Below the pieces are notes generated by a model. That model searched no databases and was not told the origin of the DNA. It was given only the letters and a program-made list of their open reading frames with translations. DNA of 63,335 nucleotides, filler included, from Pelomyxa schiedti (taxonomy: Eukaryota; Protista; Evosea), in the NCBI GenBank assembly GCA_020536535.1. It is 10 parts of 10 records of this genome, joined end to end, with 100 filler letters (N's around TTAATTAATTAA, not from the genome) between each part and the next. Parts side by side here need not be neighbours in the genome. Positions count along the whole stretch, not along the records: positions 59,347 to 63,335 come from JAHLWZ010001657.1; 9 more parts are not named here. One strand, given 5' to 3'. Position numbers and translations under genes: made by a program. This document shows positions 60,877 to 63,335 of the stretch, piece by piece. Positions within the stretch are counted from its first letter, which is position 1. Every line of letters begins with the position of its first letter.

Positions 60877-62235
60877 GAGGGTGGTCGCCTGCGTGTGCGT
60901 GGTTGTTCGGTTTTGCAAATAATAAGAAAATAACAGGATTGGTTGGGGGTTTAAAAAGCTAGTTTCTGGTCTTGGGTCCCATCACATCACGGGCGCCAAT
61001 TCGTGATGGTTCCGGTCAAACGAGTTTCATTCCCTGAACAAAGTTTCGGAACTCTCGCGCACACCACAAGGGATTGAGTGAACTGGTTGTCACGTTGGTG
61101 TCACAGTAAGAGGGGGGGAGAAGAATCTGATCAGATTTCCACAAGTCATCACTCTCTTCTTACTGGGAAAAAAGTCATCACGCCGGTGTGCTGTTGTCGT
61201 TGCGCAAGGTACAGTCACTCAATTGACCGAAACGAAGGCTGCACACAATAATACATTATAATTAAATTATTATCTGTTGTATTGGCAGGTGCGTGATCCC
61301 TTGATGTATATCTATCTATAATATATATTGACAATAAATCGGTGCTGCGGTGCTTAGCCAGACAGCGCAGCGCAGCGGCTGGACTTGTTATGTGTTTGCA
61401 CCAGCGATCAGGAAAATTTGCGCACTTGTACGAACTCCCGCCATTTGGAATCGTTGCAACACTGGTAAACACAATTTCGATTTCCTCTTCTTCTTCTTAA
61501 CGATCCTCAGCCTCGTATGCCTGTTGTGAGATTCCTCCTGATCTCTTTGGAGCTTTTCTCTCGCAGCCGCCTTGGAACTCACTGGTGACCCATTCCTCCA
61601 ATCACCGCCGCACTCCACCCACCAACCCACCCATTCCTTCAGAGAAATAGATCCTTGACGATTTTGGACTCTTCTGCCCTTACTTATATGCATCTCTCAT
61701 CTCAGAAAGGATCCGCTTTGCACCCACAGCCAAGTGCCACATGAAATTCTGAATCAAGCTGAACTCTGAGGATGTTCCCGCTGCTTCCAAGTACACTCCG
61801 AGGATCGCCTGATCATTGTGTTCCAATCTTCGTTGCGATTTATGCATAAATAGTGCAACTAAAACACCAGGTAGGCGTTCTTCATGGAATGCAGAAACCT
61901 TAGTTGATATATCGTAAAGTGAATAATTTCAACAGTGTTATTAAAATACAAGCCATAATAAATACAAACGAAATGAATAAAACTTATAATAACTAGTAAT
62001 AATCACAATGTGATTCTCATCATTTCGCAAGATGGATGCATATGCCCTCAGTTACTCTCTGAAATTCTAGCGCGAAGTTGTACAAACGCTGCCGAACGTT
62101 GTAGGTATGCACGACAACCCTTTCTTCATTTCCGGAGCTCGGAAATCCTGCCGCACTCTTTTCAACGAGCCCGCTCATTTCCATTCCACATGAATCAATC
62201 CTTTTTTCTTGTTTTTCCTTCACTGTTTGTTGGTT

Positions 62236-63335
62236 TCAGTTGGCATTCTCAGCCACTGTGGCAATGTGATCCCAAATTCTGAGCAGGGTGTTGATTGGTG
62301 GCCTGAGTGATGGATCCGCAACAAGGCAACATGAAACAACCTGCCGTGCCCATAATGGCAACGGCACCACAACACGGTGTGGTTGTTGTTGTTCACCCTG
62401 AGATGCCCCGGTTGTCGATGTGATTGATGCTGTTGCTGTTGTCAGAGTGTCAGAGTCAACAACGAATTCGCCGCCGGCAAGTGCTCGTGCAACTTGGAAC
62501 CTCTCGACTTCGATGTAATTGTAGCCTCTTCCTCCTCCTCCGCTTTCAAGTTCCAACAGTTCCGGCACTGTTTCTATGTATATGTGTGTCATTATTAGTT
62601 GCTGGTTTGAACAGGAAAATTACCGCGAGTGGCGGAACTGCTTGCCGCGAAAGACTTTTCGCGAAGGGATACAGATTTGAAGCCGCTGGTTCTTTGCGTT
62701 GTAGAAGTGGCATAACAAGTGCTTGCCGGTATTGTTGTTGATGTTTTCCCGGGTTTGCCGGCATTGTTTCGCTTTGGGAATGATGACGTTGTTGTTGACT
62801 TGATGTTTATGAAGGAGAGCGGCGCGACAACGTTGTGAACGAGAATCCCTTTTGTTGCGCATGTAGGGTGGCGTTTAGGGAGAAGAAAAAGAAAAGTACA
62901 GAAAATACCGAAATTCCACACATCACCATGAGTGGTTGGAAGAGTGTTCCCTTGACTGATGGCTTCCGGGCTCATGTTTCTTCCGTTTTTGTCACTCCTT
63001 GTTGGCGAACATGAGGTTCCACCCAGTGTGCTGTAATCTGCCGGAATCATCCCAATTGTGATCTTTTTTTTTTTGGTTAAGTTGACTTGTTTCAAAAGGT
63101 GGAAGGAGGGAAAACACCTTTGCCCATGGGCTTGATCCTGCAGGATCCAATGAAATGATCAGAACATTTCCTGTGATATATATTGCACATATATTAATAC
63201 CGGACCGGAAACAACAGAAAGGGGGAAAGAGTGTGTGCACAAACCAACGTCCACCTCACCGTGGACAACGGCAGGACACTGACTGTGAAGGTGAGCAAGG
63301 CCACATGCAACGTCTCTCAGAATATGTTCCCGCAC
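62236..63335 (-). CDS. Protein-kinase-like (probable pseudokinase), 5'-partial
   Basis: ILRDVACGLAHLH, VVH|GNVL, ADYS, MSPE, GDVWNFGI, SCCLVADPSLRP. Confidence 0.75.

Noticed and set aside
61388-62223. Minus-strand protein-like fragments downstream of the kinase-like gene
   Set aside because: Could not be spliced into a consistent ORF and no family was recognised.

Overview
This window is eukaryotic, not prokaryotic, and is not one locus. It is ten unplaced contigs/scaffolds joined by an artificial 100-nt spacer (N44-TTAATTAATTAA-N44), plus three plain 100-N scaffold gaps, so adjacency across spacers means nothing. Genes are dense and split by short (mostly ~40-60 nt) spliceosomal introns in the standard genetic code. 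The intron size, the actin C-terminus and the expanded hypothetical families suggest an amoebozoan, possibly an archamoeba such as Pelomyxa (inference from recall, not a database search). Recognisable genes: RpiB (two copies), histone H3, cytosolic Hsp70, a DHX57-like DExH helicase, actin, a HAMP/class III adenylate cyclase, a Rab first exon, two tandem Rho GTPases, ATG18/WIPI, several RING/B-box proteins, SEL1, ankyrin, CCCH and MORN repeat genes, and a kinase-like gene. Most notable observations: (1) an H3 whose first two exons carry many 1-2 nt deletions that repeatedly compensate and leave a complete 124-aa ORF, while exons 3-4 are intact; (2) single-base-loss frameshifts in other genes too; (3) a shared N-terminal 'ARDQxxAL..RCG..SP..W..WV' module on four contigs; (4) a 48-bp hairpin that interrupts a site left empty in a nearby inverted paralog; (5) a pair of atypical, CAAX-less Rho GTPases; (6) a tandem pair of Cys-rich type I membrane proteins; (7) a duplicated tRNA-derived Pol III-like unit. 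All exon models were spliced by eye. No searches or statistics were run.
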